A stretch of 64,000 nucleotides of DNA, taken from contig OZ219802.1 of assembly GCA_964291655.2 (NCBI GenBank), positions 1,440,001 to 1,504,000 on the forward strand, in the 5' to 3' direction. A model generated the notes under the pieces. That model made no database searches and was not told the origin of the DNA. It was given only the letters and a program-made list of their open reading frames with translations. The position numbers and the translations under genes are program-made. Positions 40,185-50,351 of the stretch are shown here, one piece after another. Numbering within the stretch: the first letter of the stretch is position 1; the number at the start of each line of letters is the position of its first letter. This DNA is from Chloroflexota bacterium (GTDB lineage Bacteria; Chloroflexota; UBA11872; VXOZ01).

Positions 40185-41579
40185 ATGCGTACCTCAAGAC
40201 GGCGAATACTTGGCACCGGAATCGGCTTTGCGGGCAGTGCGGTGTTGCTAGCCGCCTGCGGCACAGCCGCGGCGCCTATGGAAGAAGCGCCCGAGGCAGA
40301 AGCTCCCAAGGCGGAAGAGGAAAAACCCGCGGCGCCTATGGAAGCCAGTGAGGTTGTTTACTGGTCGCTCACGTCGGCGTGGGGTTCCTTCAACGAGGAG
40401 ATTGGCGCGGAGCTCGTGGCGGAATTCAACGAGACGTTCGAGGCTTACAACGTTACCACCATTCCCAAAACCGGCAGGGACAATCGCGACACCCTGCCAG
40501 CGGCGGTGGCCGGCGGTGCGGCGCCCGATATGGCATTTCAGGACCGCTACATTCCCAAGACCATGGCGGTTAACGGCATTGTGCGCGACATCACGGACAT
40601 GGTGAAGGTGTCATCCATCATCAACACGTCCGACATGTGGGAGCGCATTCTCAATGACGTCACCTACCGCGGCCACCACTTCGGCCTGCCGTGGTCGGCG
40701 GACGTGCGCACGTTGTTCTTGAACAACGACGCGCTGCTTGAGGTGGGGCTGGATCCCGAAAACCCGCCCACCTCGTGGGACGATTTCCACGAAGCCATCA
40801 ACCTGACTTTCAAGAAAGACGGCGCCAATATTGAACGTCTCGGCTACGTGCCGTTGTGGGGCAGCGGCGGCGCGCTGGCCGGGTGGATGATCCCCTACTG
40901 GCAGCAGGGCGGCAGCCTAACATCAGCCGACGACAGCACGTCCACCATGGACAACGAGTTGATGGTGAACGCGTTCGAGCATACGCTGCGCATGTACGAG
41001 GCCCAGGACGGCTACGACGCCATCGCGGAGTTCCGCGGCGAAGTTCGCACCCAGCAGATCTTCATCGACAGCAAGCTGGCGATGTACTTCGAGATCTACG
41101 ACATCCCGAATTTCCCCGACTACCGCGAAGGCTTTGCGGCGCTCAACTACGGCCTGGCAGTGGAACCGATCCCGCCCGGCGGCTCGGCCGCCACCTACGG
41201 CGGCGGCGGCTCCAAGGTGCTGCCGAATGCTTCGGCCAACCCTGAAGGCGCGTTCGCGTTCCTCGAGTGGCTCTACGACGCTCCGCAGGAGTTGCGCTTC
41301 AACGACGCCAAGGGCCGCCTGCCGGTGCAGAAGGCCATCGCGAACAGTCCCGAGTGGACCCAGGACGATCCGCTGCGCTTGCAGGCCTCTATCGAGATGG
41401 CCGGCGCGCACTGGGTGGTGACCGCTCCCGGCGGCATCGAGATCCTCGGCCTGCACGTGGCGCTGCCGCGCACCATCTACCAGGGTGAGAAGACCATCCA
41501 GGAAGCCATCGCCGAGACCAACGAGCAAACCCAAATCGTCCTGGACGAGACGCTCGCCAACTCGGTGCTGGACTTCTAG
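40185..41579 (+). CDS. Sugar-type ABC solute-binding lipoprotein (Tat)
   Basis: SRRRIL twin-Arg, LAAC lipobox, APD, N....EVGLDP..P..WD. Confidence 0.88.
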   Translation: MRTSRRRILGTGIGFAGSAVLLAACGTAAAPMEEAPEAEAPKAEEEKPAAPMEASEVVYWSLTSAWGSFNEEIGAELVAEFNETFEAYNVTTIPKTGRDNRDTLPAAVAGGAAPDMAFQDRYIPKTMAVNGIVRDITDMVKVSSIINTSDMWERILNDVTYRGHHFGLPWSADVRTLFLNNDALLEVGLDPENPPTSWDDFHEAINLTFKKDGANIERLGYVPLWGSGGALAGWMIPYWQQGGSLTSADDSTSTMDNELMVNAFEHTLRMYEAQDGYDAIAEFRGEVRTQQIFIDSKLAMYFEIYDIPNFPDYREGFAALNYGLAVEPIPPGGSAATYGGGGSKVLPNASANPEGAFAFLEWLYDAPQELRFNDAKGRLPVQKAIANSPEWTQDDPLRLQASIEMAGAHWVVTAPGGIEILGLHVALPRTIYQGEKTIQEAIAETNEQTQIVLDETLANSVLDF

Positions 41580-41901
41580 GTACAGTTCATCGTCGTTGGG
41601 GATTCGGCTAGAGCGTGGTGAGGGACTTTGTTTCCCAACGAAGCACTGTTGACCGAAAGGGCAATCCAACGAGGTTGCCCTTTCCTGCGTCCTTTGGGCG
41701 CAGGTTGCAAACCTGCGCTACCGGAAGAGGAGGGTCCAACCTTAGTCAAGCCAGCGGCGCCGTCCAAACAGCGTGAGGGCCGCCGTGCGCGCAGGCAAAC
41801 GAGCCTTCTCCCGCATTGCTCACCTTGACAGCCAGCCGTGAATACGCTGTACTGTAGCCAAGTTTCGTCTTGCGTATGTTGAAACTTTGGGAGGATTTGC
41901 G

Positions 41902-42948
41902 ATGACAGACAATGGCAAGCTTGGGGTCGGTGTGGTCGGCATCGGCTGGGTCTCGCACCAGCACATCGATACCCTGGTCAAGAACCCGCATACCGAGGTG
42001 GTCGGGCTCTGCAGCGGCAGCCTGGAAAACGCCCAGAACGCCAAGGAAGAGCACGGGCTCAGCAACGCCCACTGCTACAACGACTACGAGCAGATGCTGA
42101 AGCAGGACAACCTGGACGTCATCTTCATCTGCTCCACCAATGAGAAGCACGTGGACCAAGCGATAGCGGGCGCGGAAGCCGGCAATCACCTGCTCATCGA
42201 GAAGCCTGCCGCGCTGAGTTGGGAAGGCCTGAAATCCATCGCGGCAGCCGTGGACAAGGCCGGCGTGGTGGCGTGCGAGGGCTTTGAGCTGCACTGGAGC
42301 CCCTACTTCCTGATCGTGCACAAGCTCATCAAGGCCAACGCCTTCGGCAACATCTTCTACGGCGAGTGCGACTACTTTAGCGCCAACTGGCCGCAGTGGT
42401 ACGTCGGCTACAACTGGGTGAAGACCCGCGAGAAGGGCGGTTCCGCGCTGGCGGCCGCGGGCTGCCACGCCGTGGACGCGCTGCTCCAGTTCATGCCCGG
42501 CGAGGTCGACCACGTGGTGGGCCATTGGGGCAACTTCACCAAGACCTTCGATTGGGAAGGCACTGTGCTCAGCGTGATCAAATACAAGGACGGCCGCATC
42601 GGCAAGGTGGGCTGCATCTTGGAGGGCAATAACCCTTATTCGTTCAACGTGCGCCTGCACGGCGACCGCGGCACGTTGGTGGGTAATAAGTTCCATTCGG
42701 AGACCCTTATCGGCGAGCGCATGACCGAGCAGACCGATTGGGCGACCTTCGAGACGATCATGCCGGATACGCCGGAGGTCTCGCACCACCCCTTCCAGCC
42801 GCAGACGGACCACTTCATCGACTGCATCCTGAACAACAAGAAGCCGGAAGTGGATATCAACGACGCGCTGAAGATCGACGAGGTAATCTTCGCGGCGGAG
42901 CGGTCGGCCAGCCTGGGCGGCGAACCCGTCAAGCTGCCGTTGGAATAA
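41902..42948 (+). CDS. Gfo/Idh/MocA family oxidoreductase
   Basis: GVVGIG, IEKP, GGSAL..GCHAVD; GGAGGA RBS; TTGACA-N17-TGTACT upstream. Confidence 0.92.
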   Translation: MTDNGKLGVGVVGIGWVSHQHIDTLVKNPHTEVVGLCSGSLENAQNAKEEHGLSNAHCYNDYEQMLKQDNLDVIFICSTNEKHVDQAIAGAEAGNHLLIEKPAALSWEGLKSIAAAVDKAGVVACEGFELHWSPYFLIVHKLIKANAFGNIFYGECDYFSANWPQWYVGYNWVKTREKGGSALAAAGCHAVDALLQFMPGEVDHVVGHWGNFTKTFDWEGTVLSVIKYKDGRIGKVGCILEGNNPYSFNVRLHGDRGTLVGNKFHSETLIGERMTEQTDWATFETIMPDTPEVSHHPFQPQTDHFIDCILNNKKPEVDINDALKIDEVIFAAERSASLGGEPVKLPLE

Positions 42949-43076
42949 CTTTAGTGCGTTAGCTCGCGGCTGGAGACCAAGCTAGCGGTCAAGCGGGTTA
43001 AGCAGGGCTGAAGCGAAATCCAGGGCTTATCCAATAGCGCTGCTTTGGCTTCAGTGCGAACATGAGTAAAGCGGTG

Positions 43077-43123
43077 AAACGCGTCGGGGAGCTTGAAGTT
43101 CGTTTGAGTTCCCCGGCGTGTTT
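43077..43123 (+). terminator. Long hairpin, probable terminator
   Basis: aaacgcgtcggggagct..agttccccggcgtgttt. Confidence 0.55.
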
Positions 43124-43535
43124 GCTTGCTCAGTCGGCAGAAGTCTAATACGGAGCGGTAGAGGCGAACCCACTCAGCGATGGTGTCGTATTCCCTCTCC
43201 TCGGGGAGAAGGTTAGAGCCTGCCCCATACTCGATACGGGGGTGAGGGGATTCTTAGCAAATCAGGTACCTCCTCTTGAGATAGGCCACACGGCAATCGG
43301 ACCGGGCTTCATTGGGTCACTCTCTCTTTACCACAGATATGTGCGCAATACCTTCCCTGCTTGCCTGTGTCTGACCGGTAACTGGGGGCCTGAATCTGGG
43401 CAGTTCTCCGCACACCACCCTCCCTCTGGATTCCGGCTTGCGCCGGAATGACGGATAATGAAAGAGGGTCCATACGAGCAGTTTGTGCAGCCACTGTTGT
43501 AGAGACCACGCCATGCACCAGATTTACAATCAGCC

Positions 43536-44114
43536 ATGAATTTCTTTGCTTCACGTCGGGAACGCCGCATGTGGCTGTGGGTGCTTGTCGTCATGGCGGC
43601 GATTTACGCCACGCTGGGGCTCGCACAAACGCTGGCGCAGGCATTGGAAGAGCGGGGCCTGCTGGATATCTCCATCGGACTCTTCCTCCTCTGCATGTTC
43701 CTGGTGGGAGTGACCATCCTCACGCAGGGTCTGCGCGTGAGGCCGGGCGGAGCGGAAGTCGCCGTAGTCATCGGCGTCGTTACCGCGTATCTGCTCGTGC
43801 TCACCCGCATGACGGTGCCGACCGAGCGCTCGCACCTCATCGAGTACGGCGTCGTCGGCGTGCTTGTCTATGAGGCCCTCACCGAGCGCAGCAGCCAAGG
43901 CCGCCGCGTGCCGCTGCCCCCCGTGCTCGCTATCCTGATTACGGCAGCCCTGGGCGTGCTTGACGAGGGCATCCAATGGCTGCTGCCCAACCGGGTGTTC
44001 GATCCGGTTGACATCCTATTCAACCTGCTCGCCGGTACCATGGCCGTAGCCGCCAGCGCGGCGTTGTCGTGGGCGCGGCGTTGGACGCGCTTGCAGAGGT
44101 TGGGGCTGAAGTGA
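43536..44114 (+). CDS. VanZ family membrane protein
   Basis: HLIEYG, DEGIQ..PNR.FD..DI..N. Confidence 0.85.
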   Translation: MNFFASRRERRMWLWVLVVMAAIYATLGLAQTLAQALEERGLLDISIGLFLLCMFLVGVTILTQGLRVRPGGAEVAVVIGVVTAYLLVLTRMTVPTERSHLIEYGVVGVLVYEALTERSSQGRRVPLPPVLAILITAALGVLDEGIQWLLPNRVFDPVDILFNLLAGTMAVAASAALSWARRWTRLQRLGLK

Positions 44115-44413
44115 GCTAGCCCAGGTGGTGGACAGCGCCAGGCGTTATACTAAACTACTTGCGCCGCATGGGGTACAATTCCCCCTGGAGACATCCTGGA
44201 ATCTCAGCTATCGGCGATTGACATTTCGTATCCCACATTTTTTGCCACACCGCCGATGCGCTCTCACCCCCGTATCGAGAACGGGGCAGGCTCTAACCCT
44301 CTCCCCCAGGAAAGGGGAAAATCTCGGAGCATAGGTACGTGGCAGATTAATCTGGCCACCGTACAAACCGGGAACACACTAACGTCGATCAGGTACAAGC
44401 GGGAGAACATCAC

Positions 44414-46012
44414 ATGAGCACCGACACCGGACTCTTGGCACATTGGAAATTCAACGGCGATTGCCGGGACTCCTCCGGCAACGACAACCACGGCATAAAC
44501 CGGGGCGCGGATCTCGCCGCCGTGGGGCGTGACGGCAGTGCCTACGGCGCCGCACGCTTCGACGGCCGTGCCGCGCATGTGGAAGTTCCTGCCGGCGATG
44601 TGCCGGCCCTCGCTGAGGGTGACTTCACGCTCGCCGCCTGGGTGGAACTCCCGCCCGACGGCGCCAACCTGCATGGCGACATCCTCAGCAAGTACGATCC
44701 CGCCACCCGCTGCGGCCTGAACTTCGGTACCTTGAACTTCGCCGGAGTCACCGCCGCCCAGGCCCACCACCGCAACCTGCACATCGGCATCGACGACGGC
44801 GCACACGAGCCTTCGTGGACCGATTGCGGCCGCCCGGGCAACAACCTGCGCGTTTACTCCCTGGCCGTTTATAACGGCGACCTCTACACCGGTACGTTTG
44901 AGTGGGGCGCGGACGAGGCCGGGCACGTCTACCGCTACGCGGGCGGGCAGACGTGGGATGACTGCGGCAGCCCCGATCAGAGCAATACCGTGGCATCGCT
45001 GGCGGTGTTCAGGGGCGAGCTCTATTGCGGTACGTCCTGCTACCGGGCTGGCGGCTCCGCACTGGAAGATTCGCCGAACAAGCACCCGGGCGGCGCCATT
45101 TACCGCTACACCGGAGAGGCAAGCTGGGAGCACTGCGGGCGCTTGGAGGGAGCAGAATCCATCGCCGGTATGGCCGTGTATAACGGCGAGCTCTACGCTA
45201 TTCCGCTGTACAGCCAAGGCGTCTTTCGCTATTTGGGGGGACAAGACTGGGAGTATTGCGGCACGCCGGGACGCCGCATGATGGCGATCACCGTCTTCAA
45301 GGGACACCTCTACGGCGCGGGTAACGAGGGCGGCGGCGTCTTTCGCTACGACGGCGGTACCACATGGACACCTTGCGGCTTCCAGGAGGGCGTCACGCAG
45401 GTGTATTCCTTTGCCGCCTATCAGGGCAAACTCTACGTCGGCACGTGGCCCAACGGCACCGTCTTCCGCTGGGACGGTCAAGAAACGTGGGAGGACGTAG
45501 GCCGCCTGGAAGACGAGAAGGAAGTAATGGCCATGGCGGTCTACAACGGCAAGCTCTACGCGGGCACGCTGCCCTTGGCGAACGTCTACCGCTACGAGGG
45601 CGGGACCACGTGGATGAACACCGGACAACTGGATACCACGCCGGATGTTAAGTACCGGCGGGTGTGGTCGATGGCAATCTTTCAGGGAAAACTCTTCGGC
45701 GGTACGCTGCCCTCGGGACGGGTCTACTCAATGGAGGCCGGGGCCAACGTAACGTACGACCATGCTCTTGGCGCCGGCTGGCGCTATCTCGCAGCCGTCC
45801 GGGAGAACAATCAGCTGCGGCTCTACGTGGACGGCGTGGCGGTGTCTACTTCCGACACCACGGCGCACGTTCCCGCCTCCATAGCGAACGACCAACCGTT
45901 GCGTATCGGCTTCGGTCAGCACGACCACTTCAACGGCAGCCTGGCAGACGTACGCGTGTACGGGCGTGCCTTGAGCGCTGCGGAGATAGCCGCGCTCCAG
46001 GAAACCACGTAG
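44414..46012 (+). CDS. LamG-like domain interrupted by a beta-propeller
   Basis: AHWKFNG..DSSGN..FTLAAWV; repeats of SLAVYNG.LY.G..W..CG; LYVDG..FNGSLADVRVYGRALSAAEI. Confidence 0.8.
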   Translation: MSTDTGLLAHWKFNGDCRDSSGNDNHGINRGADLAAVGRDGSAYGAARFDGRAAHVEVPAGDVPALAEGDFTLAAWVELPPDGANLHGDILSKYDPATRCGLNFGTLNFAGVTAAQAHHRNLHIGIDDGAHEPSWTDCGRPGNNLRVYSLAVYNGDLYTGTFEWGADEAGHVYRYAGGQTWDDCGSPDQSNTVASLAVFRGELYCGTSCYRAGGSALEDSPNKHPGGAIYRYTGEASWEHCGRLEGAESIAGMAVYNGELYAIPLYSQGVFRYLGGQDWEYCGTPGRRMMAITVFKGHLYGAGNEGGGVFRYDGGTTWTPCGFQEGVTQVYSFAAYQGKLYVGTWPNGTVFRWDGQETWEDVGRLEDEKEVMAMAVYNGKLYAGTLPLANVYRYEGGTTWMNTGQLDTTPDVKYRRVWSMAIFQGKLFGGTLPSGRVYSMEAGANVTYDHALGAGWRYLAAVRENNQLRLYVDGVAVSTSDTTAHVPASIANDQPLRIGFGQHDHFNGSLADVRVYGRALSAAEIAALQETT

Positions 46013-46157
46013 CCGCCCGCTCAGATTCCGTTCCATCGAGGCGCCGCCGGGCCGCAGGGCGATGTAGTCGCGACGCAGTTCAGTCCGGTCCGGTTCCGTA
46101 CCAGGCTGTAGCAGCTTGGGCCGCGCGGGCAAACCACGCTTTGCCGGCGGTCATATC

Positions 46158-46496
46158 TCAGACGGAGTCTTCTTCCTCTTCCCCCACATCTGAGAAGTTG
46201 GCGATGGCCACCTCGCCTTCGGGAAACTCGGCGATGATCTTCAGCTTTCCACCCACGGCCTCGATGTAGGAACGGAGGCTGGACACGTACACATCGGCTC
46301 GTTGCTCCAATTTGGAGACGGCGGGCTGATTCACCTTTAGCGTTTCGGCTAATTCCCGCTGGGTCAGTGCACGCGCCCGGCGCAACTCACGCAATGGCAT
46401 TTCCGCGAGCAACTCCCGCTTAATCTCGTCGATGCGCCGACGACGCTCCGGTGTGAAGTCCCCGGTCAGTTCCTTGAACGGACGGCGTCCACTCAT
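46158..46496 (-). CDS. HigA-like XRE antitoxin
   Basis: LRELRRARALTQRELA..QPAVSKLE..LRSYIEAVGGKL. Confidence 0.9.
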   Translation of the reverse strand: MSGRRPFKELTGDFTPERRRRIDEIKRELLAEMPLRELRRARALTQRELAETLKVNQPAVSKLEQRADVYVSSLRSYIEAVGGKLKIIAEFPEGEVAIANFSDVGEEEEDSV

Positions 46497-46855
46497 TCGA
46501 TCAACCCCTCCCTTCGCAGTTCTTCCAGATACTCGTCGTAGAGGTCGTCAGCCACGGGCACGTATTCCTCGTAGAACCGGTCGTTGCCCGTCTTGTCCCC
46601 GCCAATGAGCAGGGTGGACGTTCGTCTCGGGTCGAAGGCGTAGAAGACCCGGATGGGCCTTCCGCCGCTCTGCACGCGAAGCTCTCGCATGACTCCGTGG
46701 CGCGAACCTCTGATGTCCGAGGAGAAGGGGTACGGCAGACTGGGGCCATGCTCCACCAGCAACTCTACTCTGGCGGCTACCTCGTCTTGCTGGCCCTCTG
46801 AGAGACCTTGCCACCACTGCCCGAACTCGTCCGTTTACTCGACATCCCAACGCAT
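46493..46855 (-). pseudogene. RelE/HigB (gp49-like) toxin with an in-frame TAA at codon 7
   Basis: MRWDVE*TDEFGQWW..MRELRVQ..RVFYAFDPRR..LLIGGDK; stop at 46835-46837. Confidence 0.8.
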
Positions 46856-46861
46856 GGATGC

Positions 46862-46891
46862 ATTATATTCCAAATAAGGAATATACTGCAA
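46862..46891 (-). promoter_or_regulatory. TA promoter with palindromic operator, leaderless start
   Basis: TTGCAG-N18-TATAAT-N6-ATG; tatattcc-N6-ggaatata at 46864-46885. Confidence 0.7.
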
Positions 46892-47260
46892 GACACGCTC
46901 GGACTCTCCCACGGGAAATCGCATTCTCGGAGAGATGACACTATATTGACCGCAGTTCAGTCCGCTCCCGGCTCTGTAAGAGGCTGCAACAGCTTTGACC
47001 ACGTAAGATACCCACGCATTGCCGGCGGTCATTTCTCAGATGGATTGGGCATGGAATCGCCTTACTCAGAGCCGCACATGCACTTGACTTCACAAGTTTG
47101 CGCACGCTACAATTCTTTCAAGCTGTCTAGGAATTGCGGTCTTTGCTGTAGTTTCCTGGAAGGGATGGCAGCGGGGGACCAACCACTGGTGTCCCGTCAT
47201 CTCGCTTAGCCGTCGTATGAGTTCAGAATAACGCCTACCAGGCAGGAGGTATCGGTTCTG

Positions 47261-48658
47261 ATGAAGAGTCGTACTACATTCCACATGACACGGCGTCGCA
47301 TGCTCGCGGGCACGGGGGCCGCGGCAGGTGCGGTGCTCTTTGCCGCGTGCGCGCAGGGCGGCATGGCGCCCGCAACCGGGGAAGCGCCTGAATCCGAGGA
47401 CATGAAGTCAGAAGAAATGCCGATGGAAGAGCAGTTGCCCGTGAACTTCTGGGCCATCGACATGGGCGGCAGTAACTGGGTGCAGGGCATCGGCGAGGAG
47501 ATTGTTGCCGAGTTCCACGAGGCCAATCCCAACGAGCAGGTCAACGTCATCGCCACGACGTATGGCGACACCATCAACAAGCTGCCGACGGTGGTCGCCG
47601 GCGGCATCTCGCCCGACATCTCGTATATCGACGCTTACTTGCCGAAAGACTTCGGCGTGCGCGGCATTGCCGCCGACATTACGAATTATGTCAAGGCATC
47701 GACCGTCATCGACCCGGAAGACTATTACCCCCGCGTCGTTTTCGACTCGACCTACCGCGGCCACTGGTTCGGGCTGCCCTGGGCGCCCACGGTCTTTACC
47801 TACTTTTACAACAAAGGCGTCTTCGTGGAAGTGGGTCTGGATCCGGACAGCGGGCCGGCGAATTGGGACGAGCTGGACTCGGCCATCCAGCAAACGCTCA
47901 AGAAAGAAGGCGACAACATCGAGCGTCTCGGCTTCTGGTACGGCAATAGCTCCCTGGTCTGGTGGCTGGTACCGTTCTGGCAGCAGGGCGGCCGGCTGCT
48001 CAGCGACGATGAGCTGACGTCCACCATCGACAACGAGACGATGGAGACCGCGTTCAACTTGACGCTGCGCTTCTTCGACCTGCAAGGCGGACTGGACGCC
48101 ATGAACGCCTTCAGGGGCGACGAGCGGCATCAACACCTCTTCTCCACCGGCCGCTGCGCCATGTGGACCGACGTGATGAACATCACGCGGTTCGAGCAGT
48201 ATGAGGAGGCCTTTGCCACGATCGACGTGGGCGTGGACACGTATCCGGTGGCGGATGGCGGCTCGCCCGCAGCCTATCGCGGCGGCGGCGCGCACCTGAT
48301 GCCCGAAGGATCCAACAACCCGGACGGGGCGTTCAAGTTCCTCGAGTGGCTCTTCCTGGAGCCGAACGACCGCCGCTTCAACGACGTGCGCGACAGTTTG
48401 CCGGCCCGCCGCTCGGTGGCCCAAAGCCCCGAATTCACCCAGGGCGACCCGCTGCGCATCCAGGGCGCCCGCGAGATGGACGGCGCCCAGTGGGTGGTCA
48501 GCGCCCCCGGCGGACGCGCCATCATCGGCATTCACGTGCGCATGGCGAGCTCCATCTGGAACCGCGAAAAGACGGTGCCGGAAGCGCTTGCCGACGGCAA
48601 CGCGCAGGTGCAGCAGGCGCTGGACGAAGCGCTGGAGAATTCGGTCATCGATTTCTAG
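47261..48658 (+). CDS. Sugar-type ABC solute-binding lipoprotein (Tat), paralog of 40185
   Basis: TRRRML, FAAC; shares IGEE.V.EF, YRGH.FGLPW, WQQGG, AF.FLEWL, NSV.DF. Confidence 0.88.
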   Translation: MKSRTTFHMTRRRMLAGTGAAAGAVLFAACAQGGMAPATGEAPESEDMKSEEMPMEEQLPVNFWAIDMGGSNWVQGIGEEIVAEFHEANPNEQVNVIATTYGDTINKLPTVVAGGISPDISYIDAYLPKDFGVRGIAADITNYVKASTVIDPEDYYPRVVFDSTYRGHWFGLPWAPTVFTYFYNKGVFVEVGLDPDSGPANWDELDSAIQQTLKKEGDNIERLGFWYGNSSLVWWLVPFWQQGGRLLSDDELTSTIDNETMETAFNLTLRFFDLQGGLDAMNAFRGDERHQHLFSTGRCAMWTDVMNITRFEQYEEAFATIDVGVDTYPVADGGSPAAYRGGGAHLMPEGSNNPDGAFKFLEWLFLEPNDRRFNDVRDSLPARRSVAQSPEFTQGDPLRIQGAREMDGAQWVVSAPGGRAIIGIHVRMASSIWNREKTVPEALADGNAQVQQALDEALENSVIDF

Positions 48659-48693
48659 CCGGATTGAGTCCGGCACACGAACATTGCGCTATT

Positions 48694-48728
48694 CGCACGC
48701 GTGGGACTTCCCACGCGTGCGTTTTCTT
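48694..48728 (+). terminator. Intrinsic terminator
   Basis: cgcacgcgtggga-ct-tcccacgcgtgcg followed by ttttctt. Confidence 0.8.
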
Positions 48729-48935
48729 ATGGTAGACAGTCCTCCCTCTACGCTTGGCCCGCTCGCCCCAGCACCAGAAGCAAGCCCTTTCCTTGGCACA
48801 CCTTCCTCTTCATTCCACTGGCGGTTCGGCTTCGCATGTTTTTCGGACCTTAACATTTGCTAACTGGAAGTAATTCGCTATCCTTAGTATAGGAGATAAC
48901 GCGAATAGTCTCGGCAGAGGATACTACTACCCTTC

Positions 48936-50351
48936 ATGAGCACTGCTGCGCCTGCGCTTGCCCCGATCGAAACCCTGCGCGAAGAGGATGTTGCGCAACT
49001 TTGGCAGGCGTGTCCTTGGGGTGCCAAACTCCTGCGCACCACGGGTGGCGAAGAGATTCAGGTCGTGTATCCTGGGCGGCGCAACCTGGGCCCCGGGCCG
49101 GACTTTCTCGATGCCATTATCGCGCTCGATGGGCGTAGGCTGCGCCACGGCCACGTGGAGGTGCATACGGCCACGTCCGCTTGGCGCGCCCACGGCCATA
49201 CAGCCGATCCGGCCTACCACAACGTCATTCTCCACGTGGTGTGGGCAGACGACCGCCCGCTTGCGGGCGGTCCGCTGCGCACGCTGGCGTTAGCCCCACA
49301 CTACCCCGCCGGTTTGCCGGAAACGTACGCGGCGCACCGCCTTCCTGATTTCCAGCCCTGTGCAGATCTCCATACCAAGTCCGACGCCATGACCGTCGGC
49401 ATGCTCTTCGCCACGCTTGGCGAACGGCGCTTACGCAAGAAAGCGGCGCAATTGCTAGCTGCCATCGAAGTCCTTGGTGCAGAGCAGGCGCTCTATGCCG
49501 CCTTCCTCGATGCCCTCGGCTACAGCCAGAACCGCGAAGCCTTTCGCCAGCTCAGTGAGGGGTTGCCCTGGCCCGTGGTGGCAAGACTGCTGCGCGGCGA
49601 GTCCGACGCGGTGGCGCGCGGCGAAGCGCTCTTTCTCGGCGCTGCAGGCCTGTTGCCATCGCAGCGTGGCGGGAATCCGCGTAGGGACACGACATGTCGT
49701 GCCTCTACCGACCACGAGCGGATGTATGTGGAGGAGATGGAAGCGCGGTGGCGGCAGTTTCGCTTGGAGCCGGTGGCTGCGGCCTCAGCATGGCAGCGCC
49801 GCGGTGTGCGTCCCGTCAACGCGCCCGCCCGGCGCGTGGCGGCCGCGGGGATGCTCTGTGCCCGGTTTGCCCAGACCGGCCCGGTTCAGGCGTGTCTGGC
49901 ACTCCGTGACGCAGAGGACAGGCCGCAGCCCATGGGGCGCATGGTTGCCTTGTTTTCCCCGGATGCCTCTGCTTCACCTTATTGGGCCGCGCACTGCGAC
50001 GTTGGCGTGCCGCTGCGGGGCGAGCCCCAGCGCCTTGTCGGCACGGAGCGCGCCCGAGAAATCCTTACCAACGTAATGCTGCCGTTTCTCATTGCCTACG
50101 GCGAGCACACCGACGACTCCGCAATTTCAGACTGGGCCATCAACCTCTTTCGCCGCGCGCCGGCTGCCGGCATGAACCGCCTCATCCGCAGCATGCGGGA
50201 CGACGTATACGGTTTGCCTCCAAGATACGTGCCCATGACGGCTGCGCGACAGCAGGGACTGCTGCACATCTACCATACCTGGTGCCGGGAGAAACGCTGC
50301 GACGCGTGTGCGGTGGGTCAGATGCTCGGTGAGAACCCAAAGCAACCGTGA
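48936..50351 (+). CDS. DUF2851 family protein
   Basis: PG..N..GPDF, GHVEVH..W..HGH..DP.Y..VILHVV, C-terminal C....C..C. Confidence 0.85.
   Translation: MSTAAPALAPIETLREEDVAQLWQACPWGAKLLRTTGGEEIQVVYPGRRNLGPGPDFLDAIIALDGRRLRHGHVEVHTATSAWRAHGHTADPAYHNVILHVVWADDRPLAGGPLRTLALAPHYPAGLPETYAAHRLPDFQPCADLHTKSDAMTVGMLFATLGERRLRKKAAQLLAAIEVLGAEQALYAAFLDALGYSQNREAFRQLSEGLPWPVVARLLRGESDAVARGEALFLGAAGLLPSQRGGNPRRDTTCRASTDHERMYVEEMEARWRQFRLEPVAAASAWQRRGVRPVNAPARRVAAAGMLCARFAQTGPVQACLALRDAEDRPQPMGRMVALFSPDASASPYWAAHCDVGVPLRGEPQRLVGTERAREILTNVMLPFLIAYGEHTDDSAISDWAINLFRRAPAAGMNRLIRSMRDDVYGLPPRYVPMTAARQQGLLHIYHTWCREKRCDACAVGQMLGENPKQP
49681..49708. repeat. Intragenic REP family G copy
   Basis: gtagggacacgacatgtcgtgcctctac, 24/28 identical to 14353-14380. 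Confidence 0.8.

Noticed and set aside
44264-45628. Long minus-strand ORFs here and at 47408-48676, 41746-42813
   Set aside because: Antisense shadows of well-supported genes, with no motifs.
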